Positions 8,919-17,067 of a stretch of 64,000 nt of DNA are shown here, piece by piece. The stretch comes from an uncultured Planctomycetales bacterium (GTDB lineage Bacteria > Omnitrophota > Gorgyraeia > Zapsychrales > JANLHA01). The stretch spans positions 3,930 to 67,929 of the forward strand of contig CAZQQI010000007.1 of NCBI GenBank assembly GCA_964595465.1. The letters are read 5' to 3'. Below the pieces are notes generated by a model. It ran no database searches. It worked only from the letters and a program-made list of their open reading frames with translations, and was not told the origin of the DNA. The translations under genes and the position numbers were made by a program. How positions within the stretch are numbered: position 1 is the stretch's first letter; every line of letters begins with the position of its first letter.

Positions 8919-11256
8919 TCGATTTTTTTCGCATCAGCAGAGACCAAACGATAAAACTGAAGAGGGAAAGGATAATTCCCAGCCGGAATGATTCCGGGCG
9001 GAACCGCATTTTTACAGTGTGTTTTCCGGCAGGGACAAAGACCGCGCGGGTCAGGATGTTGGCAGGGTAGATCCGGGCGGGGCGGCCGTCGACGGTGGCC
9101 TCCCAATCCGGGTGATACGTGTCGCTTAAGACCAGCAATCCGTCATGTTCCATATCAGCAGAGATTGTAAGGCTGTTTGGTGTGTAGGAAAGGATTGTTG
9201 CGTGAGAGTTATCCCGCAAAGGGGTTTGTGCCAGACGATTGATGAGGGACTCGTCCGGCGCTGCTTCGAGGATAACACCGTCGGAGAGCGTGCCTCTGGA
9301 CCGTTGCAGGAGAGTTTCGCTTTGTTCGGGAGAGGAGGTCATGATCGCGCGGTGCACAATATACGCGCGGGGGAAGGCGGTATGCGCATAAACCGCGGCT
9401 TCTTTCCGGTAAACCGGCTGTCCTGTTGCAGACAGGTTGAAGCGGTTGAGGTAGGGATGGGTCGGGTAAGGAGCAGCGGTGTAACGGACGTTCAGCATAT
9501 CGAGATACGGCCGGGCAGACGGCATAAACGTGAGAGGCGTCGCGTGGATGGCTGAGGTGTCGCGTTCTTTGTTAAAATGTCCGGGGATCAGAACGGCGTT
9601 GGTGAAACGGACTAGGCGGTCCATAAGAAGTCCCTGATTGATCCCCAGATCATTCAGCCGGTAGGCGGTGGCGGTATTAGGGTAAAGGGTCCAGAAGACT
9701 CCGTAAGTGCGGTTGGGGCCGGGCTGGTTCTTGATATATTCAATATAGGGGGTTTTAGGGAATGAATCAAAACGCCGGGCATGGTCACGGGGGATATAGC
9801 TAAAGATCTCAATGGTCAGGATAAAAAAGAGAGCGGTCGCGGCGGTGCGATGAGAAAGAACCCGGTATCGGTATAAGAGAATGATGATAATAAGAATAAT
9901 TAAAAAAATCCCGCTCTTGGTCAATGCCGGAACAGCTGTCTGGTGATACGGGTTCCCGTAGGATAGCCAGGCCCATATACCCGCGGCAATAATCAGGGAT
10001 GAATACAGCAGGATCTTTGCGTCGATCAAGCGGCGGGAAAGTAATGTCCGCATCCCCATGCCGGCCAGCAGCGCAGTAAAAAACCCAAAGATATGCGGTG
10101 TATGAAAATCAAAGCGGATATGCCGGACCAGCGGAAGATAGCCGATCCAGTTGACGGCTGGGTGGTTGATATGATTTTTGGCAAAGACCAGAAAAAACAG
10201 GGCCAGAAAGAAAAAATTCAGGCCCCTCCGCTGCCGGGAGAAAATACTGAGAACGATCAGGCCTAGCGGAATGATGCCGATATATCCCCACCAGGAGGGG
10301 CGGGTGAAGTCCAGGGTGACCGGAACATTTTGAAAGAAGTGGGGAAAGACAAAGCCGATCAGACTTTCATGGATATGCCGGGATCCCGCTGCAGAGACAC
10401 CCATGGTTTCGGTATGGGAATGCCAGAAGACCCTCAGCCAATCCGCCAGAAAAGGCAGAAAGACGATGGCCGACAGGCCGAGGGCCAGGACATAGCTTCC
10501 CACGGCATACGCGCAGACAGCCGGCGGACGGGTTGATCTCCGCAGAACAATGCAGCGGAAGATCAGATAGAGCGCCGCGGCGCCGTTCACGATCACAATG
10601 TGCTCCGGGTGTCCGGCAAAAAAGGTCAGGGCAACGGCCAGGCTGAAAAAAGCGGCCCGGCGCCGGTCCGGCCGGCGGATGAGGCGTTCGGCGAAAAGCA
10701 GAAGGAGGGGGGTCAGGATCTCAACATTGGCATAGGCGTACTGGAACAGCACCATAGCACTGCTGAGCATAAAAATCACGCCGGTGGTCAGGGCCGGAAG
10801 AAAACGGTAACGCAGCTCCCGCATAAAACAGAATGCGAAAAATCCGCCCAGCAGAAGGCGCAGGAGGGTTACCGCGTCCCAGGCCCAGGTGTTGGGCAGA
10901 ATATAGAAAAGAAAATTCAGCGGCCAGAGCAGCCCCAGGTTCATCATGGCGATAAGCGGATAACCGCAGCCTTGATGAGGGTTCCAGAGAGGAAAAATGC
11001 CGTCCCGTAATGAGCGCCGGACAAATTCAAACATGGGCTCTTCCATAAAAGGTGTGGTGGTGCTGTGGACCGGGAAGGAGTCGAGCCGGTTTCCGGCCTG
11101 TTTGTAAGGTCCGCTGGTCAGGGCCTGGGGGTTGGCCGTCGAGACCTTGAGCGTGCGGTCGAAGAAAAGAATATCGTAAAAACAAAGTGCCAGCACGGCG
11201 CTGAGCAGCAGGCCGGCCCATAGCATGGTGTATTTGCGGGAAAATGGTAAATGCAT
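8896..11256 (-). CDS. YfhO-family multi-TM membrane protein (GT-C glycosyltransferase-like)
   Basis: GIFPLWNPHQGCGYP N-terminal motif, many TM helices, C-terminal LVLSDTYHPDWEATVDG...RAVFVPAGKHTV. Confidence 0.85.
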   Translation of the reverse strand: MHLPFSRKYTMLWAGLLLSAVLALCFYDILFFDRTLKVSTANPQALTSGPYKQAGNRLDSFPVHSTTTPFMEEPMFEFVRRSLRDGIFPLWNPHQGCGYPLIAMMNLGLLWPLNFLFYILPNTWAWDAVTLLRLLLGGFFAFCFMRELRYRFLPALTTGVIFMLSSAMVLFQYAYANVEILTPLLLLFAERLIRRPDRRRAAFFSLAVALTFFAGHPEHIVIVNGAAALYLIFRCIVLRRSTRPPAVCAYAVGSYVLALGLSAIVFLPFLADWLRVFWHSHTETMGVSAAGSRHIHESLIGFVFPHFFQNVPVTLDFTRPSWWGYIGIIPLGLIVLSIFSRQRRGLNFFFLALFFLVFAKNHINHPAVNWIGYLPLVRHIRFDFHTPHIFGFFTALLAGMGMRTLLSRRLIDAKILLYSSLIIAAGIWAWLSYGNPYHQTAVPALTKSGIFLIILIIIILLYRYRVLSHRTAATALFFILTIEIFSYIPRDHARRFDSFPKTPYIEYIKNQPGPNRTYGVFWTLYPNTATAYRLNDLGINQGLLMDRLVRFTNAVLIPGHFNKERDTSAIHATPLTFMPSARPYLDMLNVRYTAAPYPTHPYLNRFNLSATGQPVYRKEAAVYAHTAFPRAYIVHRAIMTSSPEQSETLLQRSRGTLSDGVILEAAPDESLINRLAQTPLRDNSHATILSYTPNSLTISADMEHDGLLVLSDTYHPDWEATVDGRPARIYPANILTRAVFVPAGKHTVKMRFRPESFRLGIILSLFSFIVWSLLMRKKSISGKDGR

Positions 11257-11264
11257 ATGCCGTT

Positions 11265-11293
11265 ATTATAGCCGTGGCGGGGGTATGACTCAA
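11265..11293 (-). promoter_or_regulatory. Sigma70-type promoter of the YfhO gene (near-leaderless)
   Basis: Minus strand TTGAGT-N17-TATAAT, 8 nt before the ATG at 11256. Confidence 0.55.
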
Positions 11294-11331
11294 ACAGAAT
11301 TTGCGGACTCTTGTCCGTCCCTGCACCCTTT

Positions 11332-11359
11332 GCTATTCTCCATTCGCTATTCGCTATTC
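11332..11359. repeat. Heptamer tandem repeat (GCTATTC x4, one degenerate)
   Basis: GCTATTC TCCATTC GCTATTC GCTATTC between the divergent promoters. Confidence 0.7.
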
Positions 11360-11369
11360 TCTTGCCTCC

Positions 11370-11397
11370 TTGACAGGCGGGCGCAGGGATCTATAAT
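11370..11397 (+). promoter_or_regulatory. Consensus sigma70 promoter (near-leaderless)
   Basis: TTGACA-N16-TATAAT, 9 nt before ATG 11407; no clear SD. Confidence 0.7.
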
Positions 11398-11406
11398 TAG
11401 GCCGCA

Positions 11407-12876
11407 ATGTCTACGCATAAAGTCCATATCCAATTTCCTCACAGCAAACGTCTCCGCAGGCCGACTGAAGCGGTCATCGCGCAAGTGGTTCGGGAGTTAT
11501 TTTCTGATAGCCGGCGCCCGGTTTTGATCGCGGTGGGTGGTCCGGGCGGGATCGGAAAATCCCGTTTCAGCCGCGCTTTAAAGAAAGAGCTGAAAGAAGC
11601 CGCCGTTCTCACATTGGATGATTATAAAACGCCTCGGGTCGAACGCGCGCGAAGCGGTGTCTTCGGCGCTGATCCCCGCGCGAACAAGATGGATCTTATC
11701 CGGGAACATCTGCGGGCGCTCCGGGAACGCCGCGCGGTCCGCAAGCCGGTTTATGATGCCGTGACCGGGGGTGCGGACCGTGACGAGTCTTTTGCACCGG
11801 AGTCTTTCGTCATCCTTGATGGGGAGATCTCGACTTATCGTCAATTTCGTGATCTCGTAGATTTTGCTGTCTTTATTGACGCGGATTGGAAGACCCAGCT
11901 GGCGACCCGTCTGGACCGGGATATTCAGGTCCGGAAATACAGCCATGAAAAGGCTGTGGCTACGTTTCTGCAAAGCAATTTACGGGAATTCAGTGTTCAT
12001 GGAGCAGAGAGTAAGAGCTGGGCGGATCTCCATCTTTTCTGTCTCGATGATTACCGCCTGGTGATCGAAGCCTTTCATGAAGATGTTTTTCAGCGTTGCC
12101 GTCCATTTCTGGACGATGGTATTCATACCCTTGACCTCAGGGAAGGGGTTATTGTTCCTGTGCTGACTCCGTTCCAAGAAGACGGTTCTGTCGATCAGCA
12201 GGCCTTTGCTGAACACCTGGCTTTTTTAAGCAGTGCCGGGATCCGCCGGATCCTGGTCAGCGGGTTTAGCGGAGAATTTTTTTCTTTGACGTATCAAGAG
12301 AGGCGGCTCCTGCTTAAGTTAGCCTGCGAATATTTTCCAGGGATGATACTCTTTCATACCGGCGCGGAAGGTCTTGCTCAGATCGAGGCCGAGGCGCATT
12401 GGGCAGATACTTATGGGGCTGACGGTATTGTTGTCAGCGTGCCCTATTTTTTAAGATCTTTTTCAGCAGAAGGTTTGCGCGCGTTCTTCCAGAGTGTAGG
12501 CGAAAGTGTTCAGCATCAGCTGGTCGTTGATGATCGGGAAGGCCTGATACCGGACGCGTTATACAAAAAGATCCCCTGCCATGCGGTAATTACTCGGCCT
12601 GCTTCCGGTTTTGAGAGGCGGATCGTTTTTTCGGATGATCTTGAATGTCCCGGTCCGGGCGCGGGAAGGATCAGCCAATTGGCGAACGCTTTTCCTGAGT
12701 GTTTCACCTCCGGGAGTGCGGGAAAAGGGTTTGTTATGGACATGGCGGACATGCCGTCCCGGCACGCGGGAAATATAGAAATGATCTCGCCGCTCAAACA
12801 GGCCCTGTCCCGGCGGATAGCGGGCTATCCGTCACGGGTGCGGCTTCCTCTGCTTGACGCAGCCGAGGAAAAATAA
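11407..12876 (+). CDS. Phosphoribulokinase/uridine-kinase-like domain fused to a degenerate DapA (DHDPS/NAL) barrel
   Basis: N-half: GGPGGIGKS, LDDY, DPRANKMDL, KPVYD..TG, RDLVDFAVFID, RD. C-half: VIVPVLTPFQEDGSVD, GFSGEF.SLT..ER, GADGIVVSVPYF. Confidence 0.75.
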   Translation: MSTHKVHIQFPHSKRLRRPTEAVIAQVVRELFSDSRRPVLIAVGGPGGIGKSRFSRALKKELKEAAVLTLDDYKTPRVERARSGVFGADPRANKMDLIREHLRALRERRAVRKPVYDAVTGGADRDESFAPESFVILDGEISTYRQFRDLVDFAVFIDADWKTQLATRLDRDIQVRKYSHEKAVATFLQSNLREFSVHGAESKSWADLHLFCLDDYRLVIEAFHEDVFQRCRPFLDDGIHTLDLREGVIVPVLTPFQEDGSVDQQAFAEHLAFLSSAGIRRILVSGFSGEFFSLTYQERRLLLKLACEYFPGMILFHTGAEGLAQIEAEAHWADTYGADGIVVSVPYFLRSFSAEGLRAFFQSVGESVQHQLVVDDREGLIPDALYKKIPCHAVITRPASGFERRIVFSDDLECPGPGAGRISQLANAFPECFTSGSAGKGFVMDMADMPSRHAGNIEMISPLKQALSRRIAGYPSRVRLPLLDAAEEK

Positions 12877-12934
12877 GGGGGCTGGCGACAAAAATCCTTT
12901 TGAATAAGGTGATTTCATTTTATACTGTTAATAT

Positions 12935-13324
12935 ATGAAGATGCGTTATTTCAAAATTTCAGCTGCCGTCCTTTTTCCTTTGATACTGGGCTGTGCTTCG
13001 GCAGTCCAGAGAGACTCCCGTTTAGCCACAGAAAAGGGGAGTCTGCTTAACACCAGTGAGACAGAGGATCTCGGAGAGGCGGCCGCGGCGCTCAAGTCAG
13101 TGGCCGGGTCACTCACGGAGAAAGAAATGACCAATGAAGAGGCCCGCGAGGCAGTGCAAAGGCTGAAAAATGACGAGGAGGCCCAATCAGCTGTCCGGGC
13201 GATATCGACCTCGTTTGATCATGAGGTGTCCAATGTCAAGTATTCCCCGGTGACCGGAAAGCGTTACAGCGGGGACCTGGAATATGATCCCGAGACCGGG
13301 GTGAAGCTGCTGCCGGTGGAGTAG
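12935..13324 (+). CDS. Putative lipoprotein
   Basis: Lipobox LILGC; C-terminal YSPVTGKRY...YDPETGVKL duplicated knuckle-like motif. Confidence 0.65.
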   Translation: MKMRYFKISAAVLFPLILGCASAVQRDSRLATEKGSLLNTSETEDLGEAAAALKSVAGSLTEKEMTNEEAREAVQRLKNDEEAQSAVRAISTSFDHEVSNVKYSPVTGKRYSGDLEYDPETGVKLLPVE

Positions 13325-13332
13325 GAGAGTTT

Positions 13333-13851
13333 ATGTTTGAAGGACTAAAGGGTAAAATTCTGGTGCTCGTGCTGATCATTTTTGCGGCGCGCGCGGCGGT
13401 TCACAATCTGCATGACCCTTTCCGCTATAAAGGTCCCTGGTATACGGTTAACCGTCCGGTAGGATGGAAGGTCGAAGAAGTCGAAAATGAAGTTCTTTTC
13501 AAAAGTCCGAAAACCCGCGGGGCAGTCCCTGAGGCGATCTTTTCCATCTACGGGATCAAGCCCGAGCAGGCGATCTTCATGGAGGATTTTTTTGCTGAGG
13601 TCCTGGAGCAGCTTCGTTATCAGAAGGGTGAACTGCTGGACAAGGGGCAGATCGAGATCGATGGGCAGGTTTCCCATTGGACCCTGTTCAAGAACCGCAC
13701 CCCGCCCCTGGCGATCCTGACTTTTTATACGGTGGATGATTTTAACCGGCTTACCAAGATTCAGTACATTGCTCCTTATCAAACCTTTGATGACTATCGG
13801 GAAAAATTTGATGCGTTCAAAGACAGCTTTCAATTCAAGGGAATTTTTTAA
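13333..13851 (+). CDS. Membrane-anchored PsbP/DcrB-like (DUF1795-type) protein
   Basis: N-terminal TM, YTVNRPVGWKV, EIDG, C-terminal FDAFKDSFQF; AGGAG RBS. Confidence 0.55.
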   Translation: MFEGLKGKILVLVLIIFAARAAVHNLHDPFRYKGPWYTVNRPVGWKVEEVENEVLFKSPKTRGAVPEAIFSIYGIKPEQAIFMEDFFAEVLEQLRYQKGELLDKGQIEIDGQVSHWTLFKNRTPPLAILTFYTVDDFNRLTKIQYIAPYQTFDDYREKFDAFKDSFQFKGIF

Positions 13852-13927
13852 GCTGTTAATTTTACATGAATGAATGCCTTCTCCTTACAGCATTAGAATT
13901 CTCCCCTCAGGATCTTTTCCGAGGTTT

Positions 13928-13978
13928 TTCACATGAATGTCACACCCATCCCGCCGTTTCTTCACTCACTATCCACAT
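13928..13978 (+). promoter_or_regulatory. Pho-box-like 11-bp-period direct repeats upstream of phoBR
   Basis: TTCACAT(13928), GTCACAC(13939), TTCACTC(13961), TCCACAT(13972), all on an 11-bp register. Confidence 0.6.
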
Positions 13979-14269
13979 ACTTTAAGCAGAGAAATGGATC
14001 AATGTTATACAGAAAGTGTGGGGAACTATGCAGAAAAAGATTTTTTTGCGTTATCGGATGAGGTATCAACCACGATTAGCCTCGAAAATCCGGTATAAAA
14101 AAGAAACACGGTCCAGCATTCTCGATTGGCGGCCTCAAGAAAATGTTCCGCGTCAGTTCAAAAACCGCCGGTTTATTTTTGCGGGCTGAAGAGATTGCCG
14201 GGATAGCTGTTGCGGGAAGTTCGGATTTTGGATACTATATTTATAAGGAATACATAAGGAGTAAAGGAT

Positions 14270-14965
14270 ATGGGGACAAAAGAATCTATCCTGATCGTTG
14301 AAGATGACAAGCATATCGCCAAGCTGATCCGGTATAATCTGGAAAAAGAAGGGTATGACTGTTCCCTGGTCATTACCGGGGAAGACGCCCTGGAAACGCT
14401 GGAAACAGCCCCGATCGATCTGATCGTGCTTGATGTCATGCTGCCCAAGATGGACGGGTTTGAAGTCTGTAAACGAATCCGTCAGGATAAATCCGTGTCC
14501 CATATTCCGATTATTATGCTCACAGCGCGCGGAGAAGAAGTCGACCGCATTGTGGGCCTGGAACTCGGCGCAGACGATTACATGATCAAGCCGTTCAGCC
14601 CGCGGGAGCTGATTCTGCGTATTAAATCCATTTTGCGCAGAGGAATACACAAAGAAGATGCCGAGCAGGATGTCTTGTCGGCGGATTGCATATTGGTCAA
14701 TATTCCTCGCCATACGGTTAAAGTGGATGGAGAAAAGGTCAATTTGACGCCGATGGAATTTAAACTGCTGACCACGATGCTGAAACGTAAAGGCCGTGTT
14801 CAATCCCGTGATATTCTGCTCGATAAAGTGTGGGGGATTTCGGCGGACGTGACCACCCGTACCGTGGATACTCATATTAAGCTTTTACGTCAGAAGCTGG
14901 GTTCTGCCGGGAAACTGATCGAAACCGTGCGCGGCCTGGGGTATAAGATCAATGATGACGAATAA
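14270..14965 (+). CDS. phoB: PhoB/PhoP-type OmpR-family response regulator
   Basis: Receiver (VEDD, LDVMLP, LTAR, KPF) plus winged helix (TRTVDTHI..LRQKL, ETVRGLGY); adjacent to phoR/pst. Confidence 0.9.
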   Translation: MGTKESILIVEDDKHIAKLIRYNLEKEGYDCSLVITGEDALETLETAPIDLIVLDVMLPKMDGFEVCKRIRQDKSVSHIPIIMLTARGEEVDRIVGLELGADDYMIKPFSPRELILRIKSILRRGIHKEDAEQDVLSADCILVNIPRHTVKVDGEKVNLTPMEFKLLTTMLKRKGRVQSRDILLDKVWGISADVTTRTVDTHIKLLRQKLGSAGKLIETVRGLGYKINDDE

Positions 14966-16733
14966 GACAATCCGCTTTCCGGTCTATATCAAGATCACTA
15001 TAATTTTTACTCTCATTACCGCTGTTCTGCTTATCGGCCTATATCTGTCTTTACGCAGCAATTTCCGGGAAATGGCTTACAGCAACATTGAGCGGAGGCT
15101 TGAACACGAGATCTCCCTGGTGAGATACATGGCCGAACAGCAGCTTCCGGCAATGCATGCTGATGCCTTCGCGGACCGTATCGGCCGCGCCCTGGATTTG
15201 CGGGTCACGGTTATTGATATGACGGGGCGGGTGATCGGGGATTCTCAAGTTCCCGGACAGCACCTTGATCAGCTGGAGGACCACAGCACACGTCCGGAAG
15301 TTCAGCAGGCCCTGGCTGGAGAGATCGGCCGGAGCCGGCGCTTCAGTACAACGATCCAGCAGAATTTATTATATATGGCTGAAACCTATAGTCAGCCTCC
15401 GCAAGGGATTATCCGCCTGGCGATTCCGCTCATTGATATTGCGCAGATCTCCCGCCGTTTGAATAAGGACCTGTTGGGCGCGCTTGCCGGTGTTTTCTTT
15501 TTTACGATCATCATTGCTGTGATCGTTTCCCGCTGGATCACCCGCCCTTTGGCAGAGATCGTCCGCGGCGCCCGGCGTATTTCTGTAGGGAATTTCGGCA
15601 CCCGTATTATGATCAAGGCACGGGATGAGATCGGGGATCTGGCCCGGGTCTTTAATGATATGAGTGATCAGATCCGTTCCCGGATCAGTGACGTCTCTAT
15701 AGAGAAATCCCGTCTGGAAGCCGTTTTTTCCAGTATGATGGAGGGGGTTCTGGTCATAGACCGTCAGGGGCAGATCCTTCTGCTGAATGATGCTCTGCGT
15801 AATCTGCTGCATATCTCTAATAAGGCCGAAGGCCTCAGGCCTCTGGAGGTGATCCGTAACGCGGATATTCAGCAGATGGTCACGGAATGTCAGCAGAAGA
15901 AAGGGGCGGTTCTTTCCCGCGAAGTGGTTTTCATGCGGGAAGAAGAACGGGTTCTGCAGGTCCATGGGGCCTCTGTGATCAGAGAAGGAGAGAGTGAAGG
16001 GGTCGTGCTGGTTTTCCATGATATTACAGATATGCGTCATCTGGAAAAGGTTCGCAGGGATTTTGTGGCGAATGTTTCTCATGAATTACGCACTCCGATC
16101 GCCAGCATCAAAGGATATGCTGAGACATTATTAGACGGCGCTTTGCAGGATCAGGAGAACGCTGAAGAATTTGTGCGGATCATCTTTGCTGATTCCGACC
16201 GGTTGGCAAAATTGGTTGATGATATTCTGGCGCTTTCGGCGATCGAATCAGGAAAATTGATCCATGAGTTCGGCCCGTGTGAGCTTGAGCCTTTGATCGA
16301 TCGTGTTTTTCAGAGCGTTAAGGTTTTGGCTGAGGCGCGCCGGGTCCGCTTGGTCAAGCAGGGAGATTTTCAGGATCTTATCGTTCATGGAGATGAGATG
16401 AGCCTGTTCCGTATGCTGTTAAATCTGGTCGATAATGCTGTGAAGTACAATTCAGAAGGCGGTACGGTTACGGTTTCAGCCTTCCGTGAAGGGACGCGGA
16501 TCATTTTAAGTGTCCGCGACACCGGTCAGGGAATCCCCGCGGAAGATCAGTCCCGCATCTTTGAACGGTTTTACCGTGTTGATAAAGCGCATTCCCGCCA
16601 GATGGGCGGCACCGGGCTCGGTCTGGCCATCGTCAAACATATTGTCCAAGCGCACGGCGGTATGATCTCCCTGGAAAGTGCCCCCGGTGAAGGTTCCGTC
16701 TTTACTGCAGACTTACCTGCCTCTGACGCTTAG
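14952..16733 (+). CDS. phoR: PhoR-type sensor histidine kinase
   Basis: 2 TM, HAMP, PAS, FVANVSHELRTP, NAVKYN, FERFYRVDKAHSR..GGTGLGLAIVKH. Confidence 0.9.
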   Translation: MMTNKTIRFPVYIKITIIFTLITAVLLIGLYLSLRSNFREMAYSNIERRLEHEISLVRYMAEQQLPAMHADAFADRIGRALDLRVTVIDMTGRVIGDSQVPGQHLDQLEDHSTRPEVQQALAGEIGRSRRFSTTIQQNLLYMAETYSQPPQGIIRLAIPLIDIAQISRRLNKDLLGALAGVFFFTIIIAVIVSRWITRPLAEIVRGARRISVGNFGTRIMIKARDEIGDLARVFNDMSDQIRSRISDVSIEKSRLEAVFSSMMEGVLVIDRQGQILLLNDALRNLLHISNKAEGLRPLEVIRNADIQQMVTECQQKKGAVLSREVVFMREEERVLQVHGASVIREGESEGVVLVFHDITDMRHLEKVRRDFVANVSHELRTPIASIKGYAETLLDGALQDQENAEEFVRIIFADSDRLAKLVDDILALSAIESGKLIHEFGPCELEPLIDRVFQSVKVLAEARRVRLVKQGDFQDLIVHGDEMSLFRMLLNLVDNAVKYNSEGGTVTVSAFREGTRIILSVRDTGQGIPAEDQSRIFERFYRVDKAHSRQMGGTGLGLAIVKHIVQAHGGMISLESAPGEGSVFTADLPASDA

Positions 16734-16767
16734 AATTCAGAGACGAAATATCCCGGACGGCAATGCC

Positions 16768-16805
16768 TTCACATACTTATCACAATCTCTTCATATATTG
16801 CACAT
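16768..16805 (+). promoter_or_regulatory. Pho-box-like repeats upstream of the porin-pst operon
   Basis: TTCACAT(16768), ATCACAA(16779), TTCATAT(16790) at 11-bp spacing, plus TGCACAT(16799). Confidence 0.65.
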
Positions 16806-16848
16806 GCTGCCCCGTTAATATGAACTTGGCAAAGAAAGGAGGTGAACC

Positions 16849-17052
16849 ATGGATTTGATAACCCGTGCCGACAGACCTTCGAGTCTGCACAAAGATGTTA
16901 TTTCTCGCTGTCTGAGAACAGAAATTCAATGTCTGGAAAGTCTTCTGAAAACCCTTGAGCAGTCAGAATGGCCGAAGGATGATTATATACAGGAGTCTTT
17001 GAAATTTTCCTGTTCCAACCTCAAAGACTTGACCCGTTATCTGTCGAATTAA
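16849..17052 (+). CDS. Small hypothetical helical protein (67 aa), first gene of the pho-regulated operon
   Basis: Strong AAGGAGGT RBS; fills the gap between the Pho boxes and the porin gene. Confidence 0.6.
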   Translation: MDLITRADRPSSLHKDVISRCLRTEIQCLESLLKTLEQSEWPKDDYIQESLKFSCSNLKDLTRYLSN

Positions 17053-17067
17053 TCAAGGGGGAGAGAA

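Noticed and set aside
11407-12080. Evidence for a Calvin cycle from the PRK-like domain
   Set aside because: No RuBisCO or cbb gene in the window, a divergent P-loop, and PRK/uridine-kinase family membership does not fix the substrate.
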